Below are positions 23,990-31,961 of a DNA stretch of 32,000 nt, one piece after another (the first letter of the stretch is position 1; each line of letters starts with the position of its first letter). Source of the stretch: Chlamydiales bacterium. Lineage in GTDB: Bacteria; Chlamydiota; Chlamydiia; Chlamydiales; SM23-39. Location of the stretch: NCBI GenBank assembly GCA_965261025.1, contig OZ253438.1:1170001-1202000 (forward strand). Direction: 5' to 3'. The notes beneath the pieces were generated by a model. The model saw only the letters and a program-made list of their open reading frames with translations. It had not been told where the DNA came from and made no database searches. Position numbers and translations under genes: made by a program.

Positions 23990-26118
23990 CTGGGGTTCCT
24001 TATTTTTGTTACTTTTTTCACTATAAAAGAGGCAACAGCAAGCAATCCTATAGCCAGCAGAGAGAGAATGAATTGCTTATTAAAAATAGCAGGAAAAGAA
24101 AAAGGATTGGCCTTATCAAGCGCTACTTTAATCCCTGCTCCCACTTGGGTATAAACGTAGGATCCAGGAAGGATTCCTAAAAAGGTAGTCCATAGGAAGG
24201 TAAGAAAAGATACCTGAAAAAAAGCGGCAGCCACATTAACAAGCCAAAAAGGAAAAAGCGGAATAAACCGCAAAAGTAGCAAATAACTCCAGGCATTTTT
24301 TTTGAATCCTTGTTCCATTTTTTGTAAAAAAGGCCCCGCTTTACGTCGAAGAATCTCGCCGAAAGCGGTTCGCGCAACAAAAAAAAGGATGGCAGAGCCT
24401 AAAGTGGCGCCAGTTACCACATAAAAAGTACTCAAAGGCATAGGAAAAAGAGCCCCTCCAATTAAGCTTAAGGCTCCAGCTATTGGTAAGGAGAGTCCTG
24501 TAGAAATTATATAGATTAATACAAAAGACAAAGAGGCTAATACAAAATGGGTATCAACAAAATACCTTATGTCAGCTTGTCTTTCTTTTACTATATCAAT
24601 TGTCAGATAGCTATGTATTCCAGTTAGGTAAATGCCTGCTATAAGCAGTAAAAGGATAAAAAGAGGGAGAAAACGTTTCCAGGTAACTGTTTGGAAAGGG
24701 TGTTTTAGCCAGGGTAAAAAAGTTTGTATTAACCAAAGATCTGCACTTTTTCGGATAGCCAAATTATAAGTGGGATAGGGATGAATTAATGAAGAAAGCT
24801 TTCGTAGAGAGATATTTTCTTTTGCAGCTAAACATAGCTCAGGAAGCATCTCTCCTGCTCTGGGACCCACGATAGTTGCACCGAGAATTTTACCGCGCCT
24901 TTTTTTTGTTATTACCTTAACAAACCCTTCCTTTCTTCCTGCAGTGATCGCCCGATCATTTTCGGTAAAGGGAACAGAATAAATAGCTACGTTTTGCCCA
25001 AATAATTCAGTAGCAGCTCTTTCTGAAAGGCCAAAGCAGGCTATTTCCGGGTCTGTAAAGGTAACACGTGGCATTAGGGGGTCTCTTAGCTTTTTTCTGA
25101 TGGGGGAAAGAAGGGAAAGAAGTACTTTTCTAGCTTGATTTTCGGCCGCATGGGTAAATTTGGGACCTTCTTCGACTACATCTCCAATAGCCCAAATATG
25201 TTTCTGAGATGTTCTTCCATATTTATCTACTTGTATACCTTTTTCAGAAAAAGCGATTCCTGCTGCTTTCAATTGAAGAGAATCCGTATTTGCTTTTCGT
25301 CCCACAGCAACAAAAAGAGCGTCAGAGGAAATAAACGTCTCTTCCTTTTCAGATTGTTTTATGATTAACGTAAATTTTCCCTCGGAATAGCTTACAGATT
25401 TTGTTTCGAATCCTAGAAACAACTCGACACCTTCCTTTTCCAAAGTTTTGGCAAGGATTTCCTGGGCTTCCGGCTCTTCTTTATTTAAAAGAGAGCCGTT
25501 TTTATGAATTTGAATGACGTGAGATCCTAGTCGTGAAAATGCTTGTGCCATTTCACATCCAACAGGTCCCCCTCCCAAGATAGAGATAGACTTGGGGATC
25601 CTATGTAGGGCGAAAAGAGTTTCGTTGGTTAAAAAAGGGGTTTCATATATTCCCGCAATATCGGGGATTAAAGCAGAAGATCCTGTTGCAATTACTATCT
25701 TTTCTCCATAAACTTCGTAAGGGATTTTTTCTCCCGTTTTTATTTGAATAAGGTGAGGAGCTGTAAAGCTTGCTGTTGCAGTAACAGTCTCTATTTTTTT
25801 TTCTTTAAGAAACTTAGGCTCCTCTTTTTTGCGTACAGAAGAGATGATTTGTCTAACTCTTTCGAGTACTTTTTTCGTATTCGTGGGACCAGAGACTCCT
25901 TCTAGTCCAAAATCTTTTGCATACTTGATTGCATGAGCGACTTGCGAGGAGGCAATAAATGATTTGCTAGGAATACAGCCCGAATTGGTACATTCACCTC
26001 CATAGGTTCCCCTCTCGATGAGCAAAACTTTTTTTCCCGCTTTTGCGGCTCCTGTTGCAATCACTAGCCCAGCAGAACCTGCTCCAATGACCACAATTTG
26101 GTATCGATCTTGAACCAT
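23983..26118 (-). CDS. Fusion protein: N-terminal class I pyridine-nucleotide-disulfide oxidoreductase (Lpd / mercuric-reductase-like) plus C-terminal DedA / TVP38-TMEM64 (SNARE-associated) membrane domain
   Basis: N-terminal part (about 24720-26118): VVIGAGSAGLV, redox disulfide GGECTNSGCIPSK, second Rossmann motif ILGGGPVGCEMAQ, WAIGDV, and dimerisation-domain HPYPTYN. C-terminal part (about 23986-24680): five or more TM segments with the DedA-type LLLLRFIPLFPFWLVNVAAAFF. It is a single uninterrupted 711-codon ORF. Confidence 0.85.
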   Translation of the reverse strand: MVQDRYQIVVIGAGSAGLVIATGAAKAGKKVLLIERGTYGGECTNSGCIPSKSFIASSQVAHAIKYAKDFGLEGVSGPTNTKKVLERVRQIISSVRKKEEPKFLKEKKIETVTATASFTAPHLIQIKTGEKIPYEVYGEKIVIATGSSALIPDIAGIYETPFLTNETLFALHRIPKSISILGGGPVGCEMAQAFSRLGSHVIQIHKNGSLLNKEEPEAQEILAKTLEKEGVELFLGFETKSVSYSEGKFTLIIKQSEKEETFISSDALFVAVGRKANTDSLQLKAAGIAFSEKGIQVDKYGRTSQKHIWAIGDVVEEGPKFTHAAENQARKVLLSLLSPIRKKLRDPLMPRVTFTDPEIACFGLSERAATELFGQNVAIYSVPFTENDRAITAGRKEGFVKVITKKRRGKILGATIVGPRAGEMLPELCLAAKENISLRKLSSLIHPYPTYNLAIRKSADLWLIQTFLPWLKHPFQTVTWKRFLPLFILLLLIAGIYLTGIHSYLTIDIVKERQADIRYFVDTHFVLASLSFVLIYIISTGLSLPIAGALSLIGGALFPMPLSTFYVVTGATLGSAILFFVARTAFGEILRRKAGPFLQKMEQGFKKNAWSYLLLLRFIPLFPFWLVNVAAAFFQVSFLTFLWTTFLGILPGSYVYTQVGAGIKVALDKANPFSFPAIFNKQFILSLLAIGLLAVASFIVKKVTKIRNPRC

Positions 26119-26177
26119 ATGTTTTTCTCACAGAACTGGGTTTATAAGGGATATATAGTTAGAGCGCTAGGAAAATA

Positions 26178-27524
26178 TCAAGAAGTTTTTATAAGGGTAG
26201 TTTCTAAAGAACCCTCCGTGCTTTTGAATATCGCTTGATTTTTCAAACAAAGTCCTAAGCAGAGTGCCGTATGAACCCAAAGGTAGTTTCGGAAAATATT
26301 TTGATTAAATTGAAGAACGCATAAGGAGATTAGAAGAGAAAGAAATAAAGCGATGATTCTATTTCTTTCTTGGAGGGGAAGTAGAGGATTTTCCACCGTT
26401 TTTTTGAAGACGTAATAAAGCGATAACCCCAGTAGGATAAAACCGAAAAAACCAAAAAGACCCAGACTTGCTAAAATCTCGGTAAGGACGTTGGTGGGAT
26501 CATAGGGAAGAACTTCTTCTAAAGTAACTTCTTGTAAGAAGGCTTGTTTTAAAAGTATTTCTTGATATAGATAAGGCCCAACTCCTCCTAATCCTACTCC
26601 TAAAAAGGGGTTTTCTAAAAAGACTTTCCAGGCGTTTACGATACCTTCCCATCGGGTGGAAAAACAACCATGGGAAGAGAAGTTTTTATTAAAGAATTTG
26701 AAAAAAGTGTCCGAGAAAATATGGGGAAAAAAAAACCAAAAAGAGCCAAAAATAAAGAACAAAAATCCAGAAAATAGGAGGAGTTTTTTTCGTAAAAAAC
26801 CGATGTATTTTTTCAAAAAAGTAAAAGAGCTAAAAAAAAGAGAGAGGCCGAGTAAAACAAAGTAAGCAAAAAATCCGCCTGTAGAAGTAGAGATTATAAG
26901 GAAAAGATTGATAAGAAAAAGCAGGAGAAAATTTTTCATAGAGAAGAAAGGCTTTTTTTCAAGCAGGAAGAAAAGGTTATGAAACATGACAAAAGAACCC
27001 ATATACAGAGCGTAAAAAGAAGGTTCATAGGTCCAAGCGTGGGGCCTGGCAAATTTTCCTAAAAATTGAGAGAGAAAGGGATCATATATTCCAAAAATAG
27101 AAAGAAAGAGTTGTAAAAAAGCATGCATTCCTACCAAAAGAAAGGAGAAAAAATAGATTCTGATAACTCTTTTTTCTTCTCCCTTCAAGACAAAGAGAAG
27201 GGGAAGGAGAAAGTAGCTTACGAATTGAAAACAATAAATACAAAAGTAGCCTAAAGAACGTAGAGGAAGAGGGCTAAAGAAGGAGGAGACAAAAAGGGAG
27301 AAAAAAATCCAAAGGGAAGCCATCCAAACAGGTTTAGGAAGAGAATACTGACGCAGCAAAGGGAAAAAAAGCAGCGTTAAAAATAAAGAGAAAAGATGGG
27401 TAGCTTTCAAGCGAAAAAAAACGAGTGTAATATAGAGCTTATCGGCAGAGAGGGTTACAAAGTAGATGAATAAAAAAAGGTAAGGAAGAGAAGGGGCTAT
27501 CCTATAAAGCTTTTTAGAAAACAT
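26178..27524 (-). CDS. O-antigen ligase / polymerase-like membrane protein (Wzy_C domain family)
   Basis: About 10-12 TM segments, very Phe/Leu-rich. The loop STRWEGIVNAWKVFLENPFLGVGLGGVGPY matches the Wzy_C/WaaL pattern (R..W......I...P..G.G.G). Its ATG (27522-27524) directly abuts the topA stop (TAG at 27525-27527). Confidence 0.7.
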   Translation of the reverse strand: MFSKKLYRIAPSLPYLFLFIYFVTLSADKLYITLVFFRLKATHLFSLFLTLLFFPLLRQYSLPKPVWMASLWIFFSLFVSSFFSPLPLRSLGYFCIYCFQFVSYFLLPLLFVLKGEEKRVIRIYFFSFLLVGMHAFLQLFLSIFGIYDPFLSQFLGKFARPHAWTYEPSFYALYMGSFVMFHNLFFLLEKKPFFSMKNFLLLFLINLFLIISTSTGGFFAYFVLLGLSLFFSSFTFLKKYIGFLRKKLLLFSGFLFFIFGSFWFFFPHIFSDTFFKFFNKNFSSHGCFSTRWEGIVNAWKVFLENPFLGVGLGGVGPYLYQEILLKQAFLQEVTLEEVLPYDPTNVLTEILASLGLFGFFGFILLGLSLYYVFKKTVENPLLPLQERNRIIALFLSLLISLCVLQFNQNIFRNYLWVHTALCLGLCLKNQAIFKSTEGSLETTLIKTS

Positions 27525-30011
27525 CTATTTCATATGGTTCTTCAAAAGGCCTGCTATTTTCATCATGTCTAGGGGGTCTTTTCCCAAAACCTTAGAAAGT
27601 TTTGCGTCAGGTAGAATAATTCTTTTATTTTGGGGATCTTGTAGATCCTGTTTTTTGATATACTCCCAAAGTTTTTTAACCACCTCTCCTCGACTAAGCT
27701 CCTTTTCTCCCGTTATCGCTTGTAGTTCTTTACTCAAAAGGAGTTTTCTTTGCATGCCTGCTTTTTTCCCTCTTGCTCTTTTTTTGTAGGCCGTTTTTAC
27801 GTGGTCTTTATATTTTTCCGCTAGATCTTCCAATTGATTTACAATCACATCACAGGCTGGAAAAAGGGAACAGGAATAAAAGGTTTTTCCAAAACGAGAC
27901 TTTCGTGGAGTAATTTTTCCACTGCACCCTTTAGCAGGGCAGTCTGGCATAGTGGAAAGATCCAATATCTCTTCCCCTTTTTTGGGGATATTTACGATTC
28001 CTTTACAATCAGGGTAATTAGAGCAGCCTAAAAAAGCGCCGTATCTTCCGTGGCGCAAAAGCATTTCTTTGTGACAAAGAGGACACTTTTGCTCCCAGTC
28101 AAACCCTTCTGCATAATCTTCTCTTTTAAAATCAAGCGCCTCTAAAGGAGCCGTGAACTTACACTCAGGATAGTTGGAGCAGCCATAAAAATATTTAGTT
28201 TTGGACCAAATTTTCTGGAGCTTGTGGCCACAAGTAGGACAGTCAATATCTGTGGTAACTTTGGGAACTACGGCTTCTTTTTCTGCTTTTTCTACCAAAG
28301 GGTTAAAGAGATGCCAAAAATCAGACAGAACTTTTCTCCAATCTTTTTGATCTTCTGCAATCAGCTCCAATTCATCTTCCATATTTGCTGTAAAGCTCGG
28401 ATTCATGATTAGCTTGAAATTATCTTCGAGCATCTGGGCAATTACTTTTCCGAGTTCCGTAGGTTTTAGGGCATGGTTTTCTTTCAGCGTATAATCCCTA
28501 CTTTGGATTTTATTCATAATAGAAGCATAAGTTGAAGGTCTTCCCACTCCAGACTTTTCCAACTCTTTTACTAAAGAAGCCTCTGTAAAGCGAGCAGGAG
28601 GTTTAGTAAAAGCTTGTGCCATGGTGAGATTTTTTAGCTGAAGAACCTGCTTTTGTTCAATAGGAGGAAGAAGCTGTTCCTTTTCCTGTTCTGTATCTTG
28701 TTTTTCCTCATAGATAGCCAGAAAACCTTTAAATTTCAGGGTAGATCCACCTGCCTTTAAAAGAATTTGCTGGTCTGTTTGAATTTCTGCAGAAACGGTA
28801 TCGTAAAGGGCTGCTACCATCTGAGAAGCCACAAATCTTCTCCAAATTAGAACGTAGAGTTTCAGCTGATCTTGATTTAGATAAGGCTTTATCTTCTGGG
28901 GAGGATAAGCAAGAGTAGTAGGTCGAATCGCTTCATGTGCCTCTTGTGCAGATTGTTTACTTTTATAAAAGGGGGGCTTTTCGGGGAGATATTCTTTCCC
29001 AAAAGTTTTTGTAATATACTCTCTTGCCTCTTTTTGTGCTTCAGGAGCTATTTGAACCGAGTCGGTTCTCATATAGGTAATAAGGCCTTCTGTTCCTTGT
29101 TTTCCTAGGTCGACTCCCTCATAAAGAGTTTGCGCGATCCCCATAGTTCTGGTGGGAGCAAAGCCAAAATAACGAGAGGCCTCTTGTTGTAGGGTAGAAG
29201 TTATAAAGGGAGGAGTCGGGTTTCTTTTTTTTTCTTTTTTTTCTACTTTTCCTACCTTATAGGAGGCTTTTTTCAGCCTCTTTGAAATACTTTGGGCAAT
29301 TTCTTCATTCGAGATTAAAAACAGATTTTCTTCCTTAGAAGGTTCTTTTGCTACTTTTTTTCCATCGATTTTATAGGGAAATGCCTCAAAAAACTTTTCC
29401 CCTTCTCTACCTTGTAAAAGGGCTTTTATGTTCCAGTATTCTACAGGGATGAAAACCTCAATTTCCCTTTCTCTGTCTACCACCATTTTTAAAGCAACAG
29501 ACTGCACTCTTCCTGCAGAAGAGCCTGATTTTCCCCTTCGGACCCTTCTTGTCAAAATAGGGGAAATTTTGTAGCCAACAATCCTATCTAAAATTCTTCT
29601 TGCCTGTTGTGCATTTACCAAGGAGAGATTGATGGAGCGAGGCTTTTCCAAGGCTTGTAAGACGGCATTTTTGGTGATAGAGTTGAAGGTAATTCTTTGC
29701 AGTTTTGTTTTTGAGGGAAGAAGTTTAGAGATATGCCAAGCAATCGCTTCTCCTTCTCTATCAGGATCAGGAGCTAGGTAGACAGAAGAGGCCCCTTTAG
29801 CAGCTTCTTTTAAATTTTTCACTACCTCTTTTTTATCGGGAAGCACCTCATATTTTGGTTCAAAATTATGTTCTATATCGATGCCAAAATTTTTCTGAGG
29901 AAGATCCCGGATATGTCCCACAGAAGAGGCAAATAAATACTTAGACCCTAAAAGTTTTTTTAGGGTCTTTATTTTTGCTGGGGACTCAACAATAATTAGC
30001 TTTTTTTGCAT
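27525..30011 (-). CDS. topA: DNA topoisomerase I (type IA) with three C-terminal Zn ribbons and a terminal SWIB/MDM2 domain
   Basis: TOPRIM KLIIVESPAKIKTLKK and DPDREGEAIAWH. GLITYMRTDS carries the catalytic Tyr. Zn ribbons are CPTCGH..GCSNYPECKF, CPLCHK..GCSNYPDCKG and CPAKGCSG..SCSLFPACD. The SWIB tail is LSRGEVVKKLWEYIKKQDLQDPQNKRIILPDAKLSKVLG. ATG 30011 (MQKKLIIVESPAK) is preferred over the track's TTG at 30068. Confidence 0.93.
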   Translation of the reverse strand: MQKKLIIVESPAKIKTLKKLLGSKYLFASSVGHIRDLPQKNFGIDIEHNFEPKYEVLPDKKEVVKNLKEAAKGASSVYLAPDPDREGEAIAWHISKLLPSKTKLQRITFNSITKNAVLQALEKPRSINLSLVNAQQARRILDRIVGYKISPILTRRVRRGKSGSSAGRVQSVALKMVVDREREIEVFIPVEYWNIKALLQGREGEKFFEAFPYKIDGKKVAKEPSKEENLFLISNEEIAQSISKRLKKASYKVGKVEKKEKKRNPTPPFITSTLQQEASRYFGFAPTRTMGIAQTLYEGVDLGKQGTEGLITYMRTDSVQIAPEAQKEAREYITKTFGKEYLPEKPPFYKSKQSAQEAHEAIRPTTLAYPPQKIKPYLNQDQLKLYVLIWRRFVASQMVAALYDTVSAEIQTDQQILLKAGGSTLKFKGFLAIYEEKQDTEQEKEQLLPPIEQKQVLQLKNLTMAQAFTKPPARFTEASLVKELEKSGVGRPSTYASIMNKIQSRDYTLKENHALKPTELGKVIAQMLEDNFKLIMNPSFTANMEDELELIAEDQKDWRKVLSDFWHLFNPLVEKAEKEAVVPKVTTDIDCPTCGHKLQKIWSKTKYFYGCSNYPECKFTAPLEALDFKREDYAEGFDWEQKCPLCHKEMLLRHGRYGAFLGCSNYPDCKGIVNIPKKGEEILDLSTMPDCPAKGCSGKITPRKSRFGKTFYSCSLFPACDVIVNQLEDLAEKYKDHVKTAYKKRARGKKAGMQRKLLLSKELQAITGEKELSRGEVVKKLWEYIKKQDLQDPQNKRIILPDAKLSKVLGKDPLDMMKIAGLLKNHMK

Positions 30012-30147
30012 ACTCTTTTCGAAATCAAACAAGAGGTTATTTTTAAGTGTTGTAGGACCTTTTGGCAAGAACTCTTTGTGATTTTTATGCTAATTTTTTT
30101 TTATCCTGCAAGAAAAAAGAGGCAATTTTTAAAAAAAGGTTTTTCCT
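30012..30147. promoter_or_regulatory. Divergent intergenic region between topA (minus) and the HExxH membrane-protein gene (plus)
   Basis: Back-to-back starts in very AT-rich sequence with a T9 run at 30094-30102. Promoters are inferred from gene arrangement only. Confidence 0.3.
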
Positions 30148-30990
30148 ATGTTTTCCTATTGCTTGCCTAAGGAGGAAGAGACTTTAGAGCAATACGAGGA
30201 AAAGGCGGCAAAGATAAGAGCCTTTCAAGAGAATCCCTTGCCCTTTCTAGAAAGGGAAAAAATTACCCTTCCTTTTTCTCTAGAAGATAAGGTGGCAGAA
30301 CCTGATTGGGATTGGGTAAGAGCTTTTTTACGGGACAAGTTTGATATTTCTCCTTCTTTTTTGTCTGCTTTTTATTCAAATCGAGGTCTTTTTTTCTGGC
30401 AAGGAGCCCAAACCTGGATTTTTGAAAAGGAAGGGTTTTTTCTTCTTCAGATTCGAAAGAATTTTAAAAAGGGGAACCTACTTTTCTATTCTAAAGAAGA
30501 GGTTTTATCCCATGAAGCAGTACATGCATTTCGTTTTGATAGGAAAGAGTCTTTTTTTGATGAAATTTTTGCCTATTTGACTTCTCCTCGTCTTTTTCGG
30601 AGGATTTTTGGTCCTCTATTTCAAAAAAACAGGGAAGTGTTTTTTCTTTTTCTTTTTGCTTTTTCTCCCTTTCTCTTTCTGGGTTTTTCCCCTTTTTTGG
30701 GACTTTGTAGTTTTTTAGGTTTTTTGCTGCTTTTTGGGTTTTCTCTAATTCGGTTAGCCTATTACCATAATCTTTTTAAAAAGGCCTATAAAGCTTTGGA
30801 GAAATTTGCAGAAAAAAAAGATATTTTTCCGATCTTAGTTCGTTTAGAAGGAAAAGAAATCAAAGAGATAGCTAAAATGGCTTCTTCTAGCTTAAGAGAA
30901 TTTTTTGAAGAAAAGAAAAAAGACTCTTTAAGGTGGGAGATGATAGAAAAAACCTATTTTTCCCAAAATAGAGAAAAAAGATTCGAATAA
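30148..30990 (+). CDS. Hypothetical membrane protein with an HExxH motif (possible zinc metallopeptidase-like protein)
   Basis: SHEAVHAFRFDRKESFFDEIF (HEAVH plus downstream acidic residues), followed by a Phe/Leu-rich hydrophobic block (VFFLFLFAFSPFLFLGFSPFLGLCSFLGFLLLFGFSLI) and a charged C-terminus. I recognise no family. Confidence 0.5.
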   Translation: MFSYCLPKEEETLEQYEEKAAKIRAFQENPLPFLEREKITLPFSLEDKVAEPDWDWVRAFLRDKFDISPSFLSAFYSNRGLFFWQGAQTWIFEKEGFFLLQIRKNFKKGNLLFYSKEEVLSHEAVHAFRFDRKESFFDEIFAYLTSPRLFRRIFGPLFQKNREVFFLFLFAFSPFLFLGFSPFLGLCSFLGFLLLFGFSLIRLAYYHNLFKKAYKALEKFAEKKDIFPILVRLEGKEIKEIAKMASSSLREFFEEKKKDSLRWEMIEKTYFSQNREKRFE

Positions 30991-31004
30991 AAAAGGAAGA
31001 GTAT

Positions 31005-31961
31005 ATGACCCAGTTGATAGAGATAGAAGAGATAAAATCCCTTTCTCCTTCCGAAGCAGCCGATAGATCCTTAGAGCTTTGTAGAGGTTTGGAAAGAGGG
31101 GATATTCTTTTTTTCCCCAAGATCCCTTTCTCCTTTTTGGAAGAAGACGTAGCTTTTTTATTAAAGCAAAAGCAATCGGGCAAAAAAGGGAGAAAAAATG
31201 TAGCTTTCAAACCCCTTTTAGATAAGATCTCTAACCATGCAGGAGCTTGCCACGAAGAAAAAAAGAGGCTTCATGAGATAATGCGTGGTTTTTGCCATGA
31301 GGTAAATCTGATCTTATCAAAGCTACTTACTCCTTATGCGGCAAAATGGAAGATTGACTATGCAAGCTTTCGTCCCTTTCAGGAAAAGGGAAGGAATTTG
31401 CGTCTTACAGCAAGAAATGATTTACTACACTTTGATGCGTTTGCTTCTAGACCTATGCATGGGGATAGAATTCTTCGTTTTTTTGTAAATATCAATCCAA
31501 CTCTTTGTAGGAAGTGGATTACCGCTTCTTCTTTTGAAGAGACTTTTCAAAATTTTTTGAAAAACAGGGAAATTTCCCTTCCTAAAGCTGCCTATCACTT
31601 TTCTGTAAAATGGCGGGAAAGATGTAAAGGGTTAGCCAGGCATCTAGGGCTCCCTGTTACCCTACGCTCTCCCTATGATACCTTTATGCTACGCTTTCAT
31701 CATTTTTTGAAAAAAAATCAAAGGTTTCAAGAAAAAGTGGAGAAAAAACATTGGGAGTTTCCTCCTTTTTCCTGTTGGGCTGTTTTTACAGATCAGGTAA
31801 GTCATGCTGCCTTAGAAGGGCAATATGCTTTGGAGCAAACTTTTTTGGTCCCTAGAGAAGTTTTATTAAATCCAGAAAAAGCCCCTATTTCTGTTTTGGA
31901 AAGGCTTTCCAAAGAGGTAATGACCTCTAATTATGCTCTATCTCGGAGAGAAGTTTCCTAG
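31005..31961 (+). CDS. Kdo hydroxylase-like protein (KdoO family, Fe(II)/2-oxoglutarate-dependent dioxygenase)
   Basis: The N-terminal LERGDILFFPKIPF..LEEDVAFLL resembles the KdoO-family N-terminus as I remember it. There is an HxD in LLHFDAF and a distal His in QVSHAALEG (HxD...H facial triad). The size of 318 aa fits. SD AAGGAAGAG lies 4 nt before the ATG. The assignment is from memory of the family, not from a search. Confidence 0.55.
   Translation: MTQLIEIEEIKSLSPSEAADRSLELCRGLERGDILFFPKIPFSFLEEDVAFLLKQKQSGKKGRKNVAFKPLLDKISNHAGACHEEKKRLHEIMRGFCHEVNLILSKLLTPYAAKWKIDYASFRPFQEKGRNLRLTARNDLLHFDAFASRPMHGDRILRFFVNINPTLCRKWITASSFEETFQNFLKNREISLPKAAYHFSVKWRERCKGLARHLGLPVTLRSPYDTFMLRFHHFLKKNQRFQEKVEKKHWEFPPFSCWAVFTDQVSHAALEGQYALEQTFLVPREVLLNPEKAPISVLERLSKEVMTSNYALSRREVS

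Noticed and set aside
30887-31210. 107-aa minus-strand ORF spanning the junction of the HExxH gene and the KdoO-like gene
   Set aside because: It overlaps two better-supported plus-strand genes and the SD of the second. The sequence is low-complexity and K/S/F-rich.
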